Shown in pieces: positions 10,691-21,014 of a stretch of DNA of 64,000 nt. The stretch spans positions 3,752,507 through 3,816,506 of the forward strand of contig OY759598.1 of NCBI GenBank assembly GCA_963662435.1. Direction: 5' to 3'. The notes under the pieces are model-generated. The model was not told where the DNA came from. It did not search any database and saw nothing but the letters and a program-made list of their open reading frames with translations. Made by a program: the position numbers and the translations under genes. Within the stretch, counting starts at the first letter, position 1. Each line of letters starts with the position of its first letter. The stretch comes from Dehalococcoidia bacterium. Lineage in GTDB: Bacteria; Chloroflexota; Dehalococcoidia; Lucifugimonadales; VXLM01.

Positions 10691-10859
10691 GACTTTATTC
10701 CTCCTGGCCGTTCACCGTGATAGCCGGTCGCGCCGAATTATACGCGGGAATGCCAAAGACGTCGTGCCGTTTCGCCGGAATTACGCCGTGGTCGTTATGG
10801 TATCCTTTGGGCGGCAACGCGATGGACTCTCGGACAGCAGGAAGCACGGGAGGAATGAC

Positions 10860-12428
10860 ATGAAACGACCACGCCTGATCTACTACAACGACGCGCACCA
10901 TTTCCACGCCAAGCGTATGGAACCGCCAGCCAGCATCCACATGCTGGAGTGGCCGGTCAACGAGGTCGCGGGCACGGGCGTTGACCTTCTTGTGCTGGGT
11001 CTTGGCTATGGCGACGTCTATTTCCACCAGAGCAAGGTGGGCCGCGTCGTGGGCCAGCAGAAAGAGGTGTGGGAGAACTACATCGACTGGCGCATCATGC
11101 GGATGGTCGAAGAGGCGGCAGAGAAGGGGACAGACCAGCTTCGAGAGGTGATTCGGAGGGGCCGAGAGACTGGTGTCACCGTATATCCCAGCATCAGATT
11201 GCAGTCCGGCAACCCCCGCTACAGTGAACGGTGCGGACGTCTCAAGTGGGAGCGTGGCAGCGAGGTCTGCATAGCGGAGCCGGGCCGCAATGAGTGGGCC
11301 TACGACTATGCGGTCAAGGAGGTTCGCGACGAAAACCTCGCCGTCATTCGCGAGGTACTGGAGGACTACGAGGCCGACGGCATCGAGCTGGACTACATGT
11401 TCGGGAGCCAGTATTTCAAATCCGGAAACGACGAGGGAACGCAGACGATGAACGCCTTCGTCCAGGACGTTCGGGAGTTGGCAACCCAGATAGGTCAGAA
11501 ACAGGGCCGAGAGGTCGGCGTCATGGCCCGTCTCGACCTGCTCCGGGACAAGAACCTGTCGAACGCCCTTGATGCAGAGCAGTGGCTTCGGGACGGTTCG
11601 CTCGACTACGTCGTGGGGCAGGACCCGTACGTCGTATCCGAGACGGGAGTCCGCCAGGAGTGGATGCCGGACGCGGCCAATGCCAATGGCGCGGCGGCGT
11701 ACTACCGCCCGCCGAGGCGCGTGTACGACGAGCGGGTGGGACTGCCGAGCATCGAGATGTACCGAGCGCTGAACCAGACGCTGGCATCCGACGGTTGGGC
11801 GGGACAGTATCACGGATACCTTCTGTGGCCGTTCGCCGACCGCGAGTACCAGATTCTCCGCGAGCTGGCGCACCCGGAAGTGCATGTTCGGAGCCACAAG
11901 CGCTACATCGCGCAGCCGCGAGAGGGAGTGGAAGGCGAGTCGACGACGACACCGCACCGCGAGTTGCCGGTGGAGCTTGTGGAGGGGGAGACCTCGTCAG
12001 TGACGATCCGCATCGAGGACGACATCGAGAGTGCGAAGGCTGACGGGGAGATGCGCAAGCCGACTCTGACGATAAGGTTCTCGTACTTCTGCATCGAGGA
12101 CGAGTACGAGATCAGGTTCAACGGCGAAGCGCTGCCTCTCGACCAGGCAGAGATCACCGACGAGCGCGGGCTCGAGATGCGGACGATATTGCGCGGGGGG
12201 ATGGACCTCCAAGCGCCCATGGGCATGTCGGCCCACTGGTTCCGGTTCTCGCTTCCCATAGAACTCGTCAAGCGGGGAGACAACGTCGTCGAGGTGGAGA
12301 TGTTCAAGTTCGAGCCTCGCGCGGGGTTCAAGCGCAGCATCAATGGCGTTGAAGTGCTGATGCGCTACAAGGATATGGAGCGTCCTCAAGGGTTTGACGT
12401 GGAGCGACTTTCCCCACTTTCGGCGTAG
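10860..12428 (+). CDS. Putative glycoside-hydrolase-like TIM-barrel protein with C-terminal beta domain
   Basis: Start MKRPRLIYYND after GGAGG; DGIELDY motif as in GHL10/DUF187-like barrels. Confidence 0.55.
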   Translation: MKRPRLIYYNDAHHFHAKRMEPPASIHMLEWPVNEVAGTGVDLLVLGLGYGDVYFHQSKVGRVVGQQKEVWENYIDWRIMRMVEEAAEKGTDQLREVIRRGRETGVTVYPSIRLQSGNPRYSERCGRLKWERGSEVCIAEPGRNEWAYDYAVKEVRDENLAVIREVLEDYEADGIELDYMFGSQYFKSGNDEGTQTMNAFVQDVRELATQIGQKQGREVGVMARLDLLRDKNLSNALDAEQWLRDGSLDYVVGQDPYVVSETGVRQEWMPDAANANGAAAYYRPPRRVYDERVGLPSIEMYRALNQTLASDGWAGQYHGYLLWPFADREYQILRELAHPEVHVRSHKRYIAQPREGVEGESTTTPHRELPVELVEGETSSVTIRIEDDIESAKADGEMRKPTLTIRFSYFCIEDEYEIRFNGEALPLDQAEITDERGLEMRTILRGGMDLQAPMGMSAHWFRFSLPIELVKRGDNVVEVEMFKFEPRAGFKRSINGVEVLMRYKDMERPQGFDVERLSPLSA

Positions 12429-12453
12429 GGCGTTGTAGAGTTCCCAGCATAGG

Positions 12454-12483
12454 TTGACAACCCATCGTTAATGGTGTGAAAAT
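12454..12483 (+). promoter_or_regulatory. Promoter TTGACA-N18-GAAAAT with extended TG
   Basis: TTGACA at 12454-12459; TGtGAAAAT ending at 12483. Confidence 0.45.
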
Positions 12484-12504
12484 GGCGGCTATCACCCCTC
12501 GGCA

Positions 12505-12717
12505 CATGTCCGTGCATTCCGTTTCCTTTTGAGAAGGGTCAGTCTGTACCGTCCGGTTTGGGAAGTTGTCTGACGGTCCTTGAGCCCTATGAGTGAGACC
12601 AGGCTCTCGTCCCTTACTTAACGGGAGCCGCTGTCATTGGCGGAGCGGTCGGGCAGGGTGTGGATTTCTGCCTTGGCTGACTTATTGGTCGAACCCTCCC
12701 CATTAACTGTAGGCATG
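12505..12717 (+). ncRNA. Candidate structured RNA, unclassified
   Basis: Nested stems GGGTCAGTC/GGCTGACTT, ACCGTC/GACGGT, GGCTCTCGT/ACGGGAGCC and GGCAGG/TCTGCC downstream of a promoter. Confidence 0.35.
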
Positions 12718-12723
12718 GCATCT

Positions 12724-12886
12724 TGGATTCCTCGCTGCGCTCGGAATGACAGGAGGGTTGCTACTCTCACCACCCGTAATGAAAAAGGGTTTTTCGCCTG
12801 ACAGGGTCCGAAGACTGGATTTCGGCCTCCGCCGGAATGGCGGTGTGGTGGCTGGCAGTGAGGGCGATTCGCGAATCGCCCCTACG
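12724..12886 (+). repeat. Cluster of three REP-like palindromes
   Basis: GGATTCCTCGCTGCGCTCGGAATGACA (12725), CTGGATTTCGGCCTCCGCCGGAATGGCGG (12815), AGGGCGATTCGCGAATCGCCCCTAC (12861). Confidence 0.65.
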
Positions 12887-13086
12887 TGATGTTGGCCGCG
12901 GGTTACTTTCGGAGGAATGACAGGTTGCTGGTGTCGTCAAGGCTGAGGTCTTCCTTCTCGGCGTTGACAAGTTGAGAACGGCCGACGAACGTATGAGGGA
13001 ATACTCGCACCAGTCGGTGAATGAGGCCCCGTTTCGCCGGAATCTCGAAGTCCTTCCAGAGGTCGATGTAACTGAAAGAGGAATAG

Positions 13087-14871
13087 TTGGTATCTGAAAT
13101 CATCCAGCGATTTACAGGTCCGCGCACCAAGGTCCCGCTGCGGCAATACGGCGCGCTTCTGCTCAAGTATCTCCGGCAGCAAAAGGGCCTCGTGGCGTTC
13201 GCCTCGGCGCTGATACTGGCCAATATTGGCCTCAGGCTCGTCAATCCGCAGGTCATGCGGTATTTCATCGACGAGGCTGTCGCAGGGAGCCCGCTTGGTA
13301 CGCTCGTGGGTGCGGCGGTTGTATTCATCGCAGTGGCGCTGGTGCAGCAGGTCGTTGGCGTAGTTGCGACTTACACGAGCGGTCAGGTCGGGTGGAACGC
13401 CACGAATGCGCTGCGTTCAGATCTCGCGAGGCACGCGCTGTCGCTCGATATGCCATTCCACAACAGCAACACGCCGGGGGAGATGATCGAGCGCATCGAC
13501 GGCGACGCCCAGACGCTCGGCGGGTTCTTCTCGACGTTTGCCGTCCGCATCGTGGGGAACGTCATTATGCTGGTGGCTGTCCTTGCGCTGCTGTTCCGCG
13601 AGAACTGGCTGGCCGGTCTCGCGTTAACGGTGTTTGCTCTCATCTCGCTGGCAGTGATCATGCGGATGCGTAACGTCTCGGTGACGAACTGGAAGGCCAA
13701 CCGAGAGGAGAGCACCAAGACGTACGGGTTCATCGAGGAGCGCCTGGCTGGCCGCGAGGATGTTCGGACGAGCGGTGCCCAGTCGTACGTCATGAAAGGG
13801 TACTTCGACCACATGTGGAGATGGTTTCGCGTTCGGATCAAGGCCGCATTCGTATCGAACGTCGTCACGGGCGTTACTGAGACGATCTATGGCGTAGGAC
13901 TAGCAGTGGCGTTGGCGGTGGGGGCCTACCTCTTCTTCGAGGGCCAGATTACCATCGGCACTGTGTTTCTCATCTTCGGGTACAGCCGGCTCGTCATCGC
14001 ACCGATCTATCAGATGTCCGACGAGGTTGAGGCCCTGCAGCAGGCCGGGGCGAGTGTCATCAGGATCAATGACCTGCTTCGGACTCGTAGGGAGGTTGCC
14101 GACGGTCCCGGAAGGCGGTTCGGCAAGGGGGCGCTGGCCGTACGGCTCGATTCGGTCTCGTTCGGTTACAGCAGGACTGAGCCCGTCCTGCGCGACATCA
14201 CCCTGGACCTGCGGCCAGGTAGGGTGCTTGGCCTTCTCGGCAGGACGGGAAGCGGCAAGACGACGATCACGCGGATGCTCTTCCGTCTCTACGATCCCGA
14301 CGAGGGGAGAGTGCTAGTCGATGGAGGGGACATCCGTGACGCTCGGATCGCGGAACTTCGCAACAGGGTCGGCCTCGTCACTCAGGAAGTGCGACTCTTT
14401 CACGGGACGGTTCGGGATAATCTGACCTTCTTCGACCAGAGCGCGTCCGATGAGCGGTTGCTCGAAGTGCTGCACGATCTCGGCCTGAAGCGATGGTACG
14501 ACACACTCTCGGACGGGCTCGACACGACACTTGATCCGGAAGGAGGTGGCCTCTCATCCGGTGAGGCACAGATGCTCGCATTCGCGCGCGTATTTCTCAA
14601 GGACCCCGGACTTGTCATCCTCGACGAGGCGACATCGCGGCTGGACCGCAGCACAGAGGCGGCCATCGAGCGGGCGGTCGACAAGCTGGTTAAGGGGAGG
14701 ACAGTGCTGATCGTCGCCCACCATCTGGCGACCATCCAGAGGTGCGATGACATCGCGATCCTCGAAAATGGGCGGGTAGTGGAGGCCGGAGAGCGGGAGA
14801 CTCTCGCGTCCGATCCCAACACCCGGTTCCATAGCCTCCTACGGAGCGGTCTTGAGGAGGTGTTGACGTGA
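13087..14871 (+). CDS. ABC exporter half-transporter (TMD+NBD), subunit 1
   Basis: Six-TM domain, [13 protein letters not shown] signature, ILDEATS. Confidence 0.93.
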   Translation: MVSEIIQRFTGPRTKVPLRQYGALLLKYLRQQKGLVAFASALILANIGLRLVNPQVMRYFIDEAVAGSPLGTLVGAAVVFIAVALVQQVVGVVATYTSGQVGWNATNALRSDLARHALSLDMPFHNSNTPGEMIERIDGDAQTLGGFFSTFAVRIVGNVIMLVAVLALLFRENWLAGLALTVFALISLAVIMRMRNVSVTNWKANREESTKTYGFIEERLAGREDVRTSGAQSYVMKGYFDHMWRWFRVRIKAAFVSNVVTGVTETIYGVGLAVALAVGAYLFFEGQITIGTVFLIFGYSRLVIAPIYQMSDEVEALQQAGASVIRINDLLRTRREVADGPGRRFGKGALAVRLDSVSFGYSRTEPVLRDITLDLRPGRVLGLLGRTGSGKTTITRMLFRLYDPDEGRVLVDGGDIRDARIAELRNRVGLVTQEVRLFHGTVRDNLTFFDQSASDERLLEVLHDLGLKRWYDTLSDGLDTTLDPEGGGLSSGEAQMLAFARVFLKDPGLVILDEATSRLDRSTEAAIERAVDKLVKGRTVLIVAHHLATIQRCDDIAILENGRVVEAGERETLASDPNTRFHSLLRSGLEEVLT

Positions 14872-16628
14872 GCACCTGGCGGTACCTCAAGTCCCTCGCG
14901 TGGACGTTCAAGGGGATGCTGACGCTTGACATTTTCATCCAAGCCGTTCTGATAGCCGGACTGAATCACCTGTTCGTTCTCACTATTCGAGAGATATTCG
15001 ACACCTTGACCGGTGACGCCAGAACCTCCTTCGGCGTGTGGACGCTCTGCGCGGTGTTCGCCGGAGTGTTGGCCTTTCAGATGTTCTTGTACCTTGGATC
15101 GATCACACTGCAGTTCGCCTACCAGTTCATGATAGGAGCGCTCCTGAGGAGGAACGTTCTCTCCCACCTTATGAACTTGAGCGGCATACAAGGACTTCCG
15201 GCATCGCCGGGAGAGGCGGTTACCCGATTCCGCGGCGACGCTTCCGGTGTCGGCAGGTTCTACATTTGGCCCAAGTTCATTGCCACACAGCTGTTGGTGT
15301 CGATTGTCGCCGTCGCGATCATGGTGAGCATTTCTCCCTTTGTTACGCTCGTCGGGCTGCTTCCCCTCATGCTGGTGTTCTTGGTCGTTCACTTTGCCAG
15401 AACCCGGATCGAACGGGCGCGGAAGCAAAGCAGGGAGGCGGCGGGTGATGTAACCGGCTTCCTGGGCGAGATGTTCGGCTCGGCGGAGGCCATCAAGGTA
15501 GCAGGGGCCGAGAGTCACGTACTCAATGAGTTCGACCGCGTGAACGCGGCGCGCAAGCAGGCGACACTGCGCGACACGCTCCTCACTCAAACGCTGAACG
15601 CCATATTCCGCAACCTGGAGGGTGTTGGCGTCGGCGCTATCCTGATAGTCGCCGGTCACGCGATGCTGAGTGGGCAGTTGACCGTGGGAGACCTCGTGTT
15701 GTTCGTCATCTACCTGGAGGGCTTTTCGTGGCTTTGGAGTGGCCTTGGCCGGGTAATGACGGAGTACAGGCAGGTGGGAGTCAGCATCGAGCGGCTCGAC
15801 GAGTTGATGCCGGGTGCGAAGCCGGAAGAGCTGGTGGAACGCAACCCGACTCATCTCTTCCGAAAAGCGCCCGAACCCGTGCATGTCGAAAAGACGGACG
15901 CCGACCGCCTCGAAAGGCTGGATGCCGAGGGGCTGACCTACGTGTATCCGGACTCTGAGGGTGGAGTGCGCGACGTGGACCTCTCGCTGCGAAAGGGGAC
16001 GTTCACAGTCGTCACGGGTCGGGTCGGCTCCGGCAAGAGCACGCTGCTGCGCGTCCTGCTTGGATCGTTGCCGCTGCACGCTGGGGAGATTCGCTGGAAT
16101 GGCACGTCCATTGAAGACGCGAGCGAGGTGATGGCGCCGCCGCGAGTCGCCTACACGTCACAGGTGCCTCGCCTATTCAGCGAGGAACTCCGGGGGAATA
16201 TTTTGCTGGGACTCCGTGAGGATAGAGTGGACCTGCCGGGAGCCGTAAGGTCGGCCGTGCTGGAAGACGACATCGACGACCTCGAAGACGGGCTGGACAC
16301 CGTAGTCGGTCCGCGCGGGGTGAAGCTGTCCGGCGGACAGCAGAGGAGGGCCGCGGCGGCGCGGATGTTCGTCCGGGAGCCGGAGTTGCTGGTCTTCGAC
16401 GACCTGTCGAGCGGTCTCGACGTTGAGACCGAGCAGACCCTCTGGGAGCGGCTGGCGGACCGACAGGACAGTACAGTGCTGGCGGTCTCCCACCGACGGG
16501 CGGCCCTCAGTCGAGCCGATCACATCATCGTACTCAAGGACGGGCGAGTGGAGGCGAGAGGACGGCTAGACGACCTGCTTGCCACGTCCGAGGAGATGCA
16601 GAGGTTGTGGGCGGGTGACGTGGACTAG
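14868..16628 (+). CDS. ABC exporter half-transporter (TMD+NBD), subunit 2
   Basis: [13 protein letters not shown], degenerate Walker B LVFDD; GTGA overlap with subunit 1, so likely a heterodimer. Confidence 0.93.
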   Translation: MSTWRYLKSLAWTFKGMLTLDIFIQAVLIAGLNHLFVLTIREIFDTLTGDARTSFGVWTLCAVFAGVLAFQMFLYLGSITLQFAYQFMIGALLRRNVLSHLMNLSGIQGLPASPGEAVTRFRGDASGVGRFYIWPKFIATQLLVSIVAVAIMVSISPFVTLVGLLPLMLVFLVVHFARTRIERARKQSREAAGDVTGFLGEMFGSAEAIKVAGAESHVLNEFDRVNAARKQATLRDTLLTQTLNAIFRNLEGVGVGAILIVAGHAMLSGQLTVGDLVLFVIYLEGFSWLWSGLGRVMTEYRQVGVSIERLDELMPGAKPEELVERNPTHLFRKAPEPVHVEKTDADRLERLDAEGLTYVYPDSEGGVRDVDLSLRKGTFTVVTGRVGSGKSTLLRVLLGSLPLHAGEIRWNGTSIEDASEVMAPPRVAYTSQVPRLFSEELRGNILLGLREDRVDLPGAVRSAVLEDDIDDLEDGLDTVVGPRGVKLSGGQQRRAAAARMFVREPELLVFDDLSSGLDVETEQTLWERLADRQDSTVLAVSHRRAALSRADHIIVLKDGRVEARGRLDDLLATSEEMQRLWAGDVD

Positions 16629-16764
16629 GTGCCTCGATTCATTTGGCTACAATTGGTCGTCCACGGGGAATGGCATGACCAGATACGCTGCTGAAACGTT
16701 GCACTTTACGAACTCCTTTGGCGTGATACGCTAGCCCCACTTTCCGACTACAAAGGCCGTAGAT

Positions 16765-18018
16765 GTGATGGACCGACCTCGACGCAAACTGCACATTCGC
16801 CGGTGGCTGGCGTACGTTGTGCTCTCCGTACTGCTGATACTGCCAAGTGTGGACCGGCTGCACATCACACCTGCTCGGGAAGTGGCGTCCGATCACGTAT
16901 TCTCGCTTGTGCAGTGGCATATCACGCACTTCTTCGGCAAGTGGGGGCATCTGATTCGGGAGACCATACCGGGCCAGAAGCCGTTGCGAGATGAGCGGAT
17001 CGCAATCGTCGACGAGTACCTGCAGACTTCGCTGCTCGCAGAGAAGGAGGAGCGACTTCTTGAGGGTCGAATTGCGCGGGCCGGTGGGGCGAGCAGCGCG
17101 AAAGGGTCGAACGTGTCGCGAGAGACGATGGACGAGCTGCGTGGACTTCAGCGGAGTTTGCGTCCGAAGGCGGAGGAGGCCGTCGAATCGGAACTGAGTT
17201 CCGTGCTCCTCACGGAGGGGTTCGGGTGGTGGGGGAACCTGCTCTTCCCGCCGGTGGACATCAAATTCGGCCAACTACCGACCATCATCGTCACGTCTCG
17301 TCGGGACAAGATTGCTCGGCTCGAGCGCCTGCTGCTCGAGCCCAAACTGGAGTACATCGAGCGTGGCAGGCTGGAAGACGCCCTGCTCGAACAGCACGAT
17401 CTCTCGGCCATCGTGGGCAATCTTGCCGGTCTTTCGACCTACCCCACGCTGGTGACTGACACCGACTCGCTGCGCTCCGTATTGCGAACGGCAGCCCACG
17501 AGTGGCTGCATGTCTACTGGTTCTTCCATCCCTTCGGACAGTCATTCTGGAAGTCGGAGGAGATGGCGACGCTAAACGAGACGGCGGCCGACATCGCGGG
17601 ACGCGAGTTGGGCGACGAGACGTTCGTCCGCATGGGCGGTGACCTTGAGGACAATGCCCGTCGCTATCTGCCACAGGAGGACCGCGATCCCCGGTTCACG
17701 CGGATGATGCGCGAAACCCGGCAGCGCACCGAAGAGCTTCTTGCCGAGGGCAAGATCGAAGAGGCCGAGGAATATATGAAGGAACGCTGGTGGCTGATGC
17801 GCCTCGGCGGTTACGGTCTTCGCAAGCTTAACCAGGCGTTCTTCGCCATGCACGGCATATACGGTGAGAGCGTCACCTCGGTCAGCCCGATAGGCGACGA
17901 GGTGGCCGAGTTCCGCACGTTCTTCGCCAATACCGGTGACTTTGTCAGGGCTCTGAATGGCGTTTCGTCGTACGACGAGTTTCTTGAGCGGTTAGCCGCA
18001 AAACGTGGGGAGATGTGA
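16765..18018 (+). CDS. Membrane-anchored putative zinc metallopeptidase (gluzincin-like)
   Basis: N-terminal TM helix, AAHEWLH, downstream NETAA, and KLNQA. Confidence 0.6.
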   Translation: MMDRPRRKLHIRRWLAYVVLSVLLILPSVDRLHITPAREVASDHVFSLVQWHITHFFGKWGHLIRETIPGQKPLRDERIAIVDEYLQTSLLAEKEERLLEGRIARAGGASSAKGSNVSRETMDELRGLQRSLRPKAEEAVESELSSVLLTEGFGWWGNLLFPPVDIKFGQLPTIIVTSRRDKIARLERLLLEPKLEYIERGRLEDALLEQHDLSAIVGNLAGLSTYPTLVTDTDSLRSVLRTAAHEWLHVYWFFHPFGQSFWKSEEMATLNETAADIAGRELGDETFVRMGGDLEDNARRYLPQEDRDPRFTRMMRETRQRTEELLAEGKIEEAEEYMKERWWLMRLGGYGLRKLNQAFFAMHGIYGESVTSVSPIGDEVAEFRTFFANTGDFVRALNGVSSYDEFLERLAAKRGEM

Positions 18019-18253
18019 GGAACTCTGCAACGTTGCTTGGCGAAGCCAGCAATAACGCACCGAATCCATTCGACATATGACTGTTCCGCCTTCCTTTTTC
18101 AGTTAGGCGGGTGATATAGTAACAGTCCTTTTCGAACCGGTTCAGTGAGTATATTTATGCTTGTACGCTGTCACAAAAATCGTATTGAAATACCTGTCGT
18201 CGAATCGAAAAAGTGACATCAAGGATCGGGGTCTCCAGAGGAATCTTCAAACA

Positions 18254-20839
18254 ATGCGGAATGCTGCAATTCCCTACTTTTTCGTGGCCGCGCTGGTACT
18301 CCTAACGGTCTTCGGGTGTTCCGGCCCACCCGCTGCTTCCGATCCTCCTGACTCCTCCAAAGTGCTCGATAATCCGGTGATACCTCCAGACCTCCCTAGC
18401 GCACCAGGGCCTCTTGCCATCACAAGCAAGAGATCGTCCTCCTCGTCTCCATCAGAAACAGTCGTCCCCTTCAATCCAAAGAGCTCCGATGCGGATGAGC
18501 CGCACCGGATGTTTCTGGATGGGAAGCAATTCATGCTTGGACTCATCAACGCGGAGCGAAAGAAGGCGGGGGTACCGGAAGTCTCGTTGGGAGACAACAC
18601 CGCGGCTCAGATACACGCCGAGAACTCAATAAGAGATTGCGTTTCGGGTCACTGGGGGACAGACGGGCTGGGCCCCCCGATGAGGTACTCCCTCGCCGGA
18701 GGCTACCAGTCGAATCGTGAAAATGTTTCAGGACAAGACTATTGTCTCACGGAGGAGGAAAGGCCTTCCTATCGTCCCATACAGAGTGTCCAAAGCGAAC
18801 TGCGCGACCACATGGATGGATACATGGGGAGCCTAGGACACAAGAACAATATACTGTATCCCTGGCATCGGAAGGTGAATCTTGGGCTTGCGTGGGATAC
18901 CCATCAAATGTGGAACGTGCAGCACTTCGAGGGGGACTACGTCGATTGCAGCGTTCCGCCGACGATAGAGGGGGCCACGTTGCGGGTAAGCTGCACCACG
19001 AAGGAGGTGTTTCCATCAGATGCCTTCGCCCAGCAAATTTACTACGACCCTCCCTCTCATGCATTGACGCGGGGACAAATCGCTCGGACCTACGGCTACA
19101 GATCCGGGAATAGGGTAGCGCTGCTGAGAGAGCAGGCGGGGCAGGGATACTACTGGCCGACCAACGAGGCGGAAGTCACACACTATTCCGGGTGTACTCC
19201 TTACGACATCGACCCGACCTTGCCTCCTCCCTCGTCACCTGACGAGGCGACGGCTCTGTACAATGCCGCAAAGCTCTGTGAGCGAAGTGAGGAGACTGTT
19301 ATGGTGCCGTGGATAACAGGAGAGGAGACGATAGACGGGCGTTCCATTTCGCTCTCTCACGACATCGGGCCGGTGTTGAGAAAGCACGGCACAGGCGTGT
19401 ACACGCTTGTCGTATGGGGCTGCTCGGTGCCCGACTCGATAGACAATCCGTGTGAAGACGACAACTCCATGCCGATCCTCAGAAAGTCCATCTTCTACGG
19501 GATTGATCCACCGGACACGTATACGCCAAAGTCGGAGTCTACCCCAACACCTATGCCAACCCCATCCGCAACGACGCAGCGAGCGGACTGTGGGTCCGCG
19601 GTTGCGGACACGTCCAACGCTGGGCTGGTCTCAGACTGTGAGATACTTCTCGGCCTGAAGGACACCCTTCAAGGCAGCGCGTTCCTCAATTGGTCGGCTT
19701 CTCTCCCGATAACACGCTGGACGGGCGTAAGACTTGGCGGTACGCCTCAGAGGGTAACTATTGTCAAGCTTCAGAAGCGGTCCCTAACCGGCAGTATCCC
19801 GGCTGGGCTTGGGAGTCTCACTAAACTCCAGGACCTCTGGCTCTACACCAACGAACTTACCGGTCCTCTCCCCGCCGAACTGGGCACTCTCTCCGATCTT
19901 GAGACTCTGATGCTGAGTGGCAATGACCTGAGCGGGCAGATACCTCTAACATTGAATGATCTTTCGCTGGAACGCCTGTGGCTGAAAGGCAACAACTTCA
20001 CCGGATGTATGCCGGCCAATCTGCTCGAAGTCTCGGACGGCGACGCAGCAAGCCTCAGGCTGCCCACATGTGAGAGCGGGACGACCACACCGACACCAAC
20101 GCCAAGCCCCACTGCCACGCCGACACCGACGACGGGCGAGGACTTCGACCTGGCGGCCTATCTCACCGAAGCCCTCTGTCAAGAAGATGACCTGCGTGAG
20201 GCCTTTGGTGAGAGTTATACTCTTGACAGCGACCCCGTACCCGTTGTGTGGGAGCACAATGGTCGGGGATTGTGGGCGTCTGTGACTTCCACATGGGTAA
20301 GCGACAGTGATTCCCGCAAGATAGTCTTCTGCAGTGCCGTCGTATACGACAACTTATCGAGTGCGATTCTTGATAGTAACTACCACAGTATAAGGCTCTT
20401 CAATGGAGGCATCTACGATACATTGGTAGAGAACAAGATTCGTGGAATTCCTGAGCTCGGCCATGACTTCATCGCCTTGCACATCGACCGTGGACGACGG
20501 GAACAGGTTGGCGAAGCAACAGTCGATCGTCTTGAGTCCCGTTCGATATCGTCCAAGTACAGTCTTGGAGACCGGTCGGTCATAGTCGCCGCGGTACACT
20601 ATCGCAATACGGACCTCAGCCCACTCTTTCAAGGGACAATCGTCATACCTTCGGTAGAGAGCGTGGTCGAAGCATCTCGCAGGATTGACGCACGCCTGTC
20701 TCAAGCCTATACGGCAAGCCACGCCGTGGAACGGGACTCCAACAGCGTCTACACTCGAGGTTTGAAAAAGGCGGAAGACGTGCCGGAGAGTGAGCTACGT
20801 GGGTTCTTCGATCTGACTCTGCCGTCATCAGGCAAATGA
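18254..20839 (+). CDS. Modular lipoprotein: CAP/SCP domain + plant-type LRR + unknown C-terminal domain
   Basis: Lipobox VFGC; INAERKKAG, AAQIHA, ENV and MGSLGHKNNIL (CAP); LTGSIPAGLGSLTKLQDLWLYTNELTGPLP repeats (LRR); TPTP linkers. Confidence 0.8.
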   Translation: MRNAAIPYFFVAALVLLTVFGCSGPPAASDPPDSSKVLDNPVIPPDLPSAPGPLAITSKRSSSSSPSETVVPFNPKSSDADEPHRMFLDGKQFMLGLINAERKKAGVPEVSLGDNTAAQIHAENSIRDCVSGHWGTDGLGPPMRYSLAGGYQSNRENVSGQDYCLTEEERPSYRPIQSVQSELRDHMDGYMGSLGHKNNILYPWHRKVNLGLAWDTHQMWNVQHFEGDYVDCSVPPTIEGATLRVSCTTKEVFPSDAFAQQIYYDPPSHALTRGQIARTYGYRSGNRVALLREQAGQGYYWPTNEAEVTHYSGCTPYDIDPTLPPPSSPDEATALYNAAKLCERSEETVMVPWITGEETIDGRSISLSHDIGPVLRKHGTGVYTLVVWGCSVPDSIDNPCEDDNSMPILRKSIFYGIDPPDTYTPKSESTPTPMPTPSATTQRADCGSAVADTSNAGLVSDCEILLGLKDTLQGSAFLNWSASLPITRWTGVRLGGTPQRVTIVKLQKRSLTGSIPAGLGSLTKLQDLWLYTNELTGPLPAELGTLSDLETLMLSGNDLSGQIPLTLNDLSLERLWLKGNNFTGCMPANLLEVSDGDAASLRLPTCESGTTTPTPTPSPTATPTPTTGEDFDLAAYLTEALCQEDDLREAFGESYTLDSDPVPVVWEHNGRGLWASVTSTWVSDSDSRKIVFCSAVVYDNLSSAILDSNYHSIRLFNGGIYDTLVENKIRGIPELGHDFIALHIDRGRREQVGEATVDRLESRSISSKYSLGDRSVIVAAVHYRNTDLSPLFQGTIVIPSVESVVEASRRIDARLSQAYTASHAVERDSNSVYTRGLKKAEDVPESELRGFFDLTLPSSGK

Positions 20840-20935
20840 GGCTGATGGGAAGGCGAATCCATCGATACTTCGAAGGGTTCCTATGGCTCTCAGGGACGTG
20901 AGTAATGCCCCCTCACGCGCCCGTCCCCAGACTCC

Positions 20936-20965
20936 TTGACACCCCGTCGAGGAGGCTCCTACACT
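20936..20965 (+). promoter_or_regulatory. Promoter TTGACA-N18-TACACT
   Basis: Near-consensus hexamers 50 nt upstream of the cupin gene. Confidence 0.6.
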
Positions 20966-21014
20966 CTCCCCTCAGAAATTACGCCCCGGCTACACCCTTC
21001 AGGAGACAACCCGC

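Noticed and set aside
10338..10859. N-terminal extension of the 696-aa ORF overlapping the FG-GAP gene
   Set aside because: Antisense shadow; a good RBS and ATG lie at 10860
12618..12712. Cobalamin riboswitch resemblance (TTAACGGGAGCCGCTG..., AACTGTA)
   Set aside because: The conserved GCCACTG/GCAACTG segment and B12 box are not in the expected arrangement; kept only as an unclassified RNA candidate
14400..16079. 559-aa antisense ORF (similar ones at 10695-11957, 55884-57017, 5270-6286)
   Set aside because: Typical high-GC antisense open frames opposite well-supported genes, with no motifs
14527..16410. Degenerate ABC motifs (LSSGE, LVFDD) as signs of pseudogenisation
   Set aside because: Expected for heterodimeric exporters with one degenerate ATP site
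20083..20132. ACACCG-type tandem repeats (also at 566-582 and 47633-47700)
   Set aside because: They encode Pro/Thr linkers, not a DNA-level array
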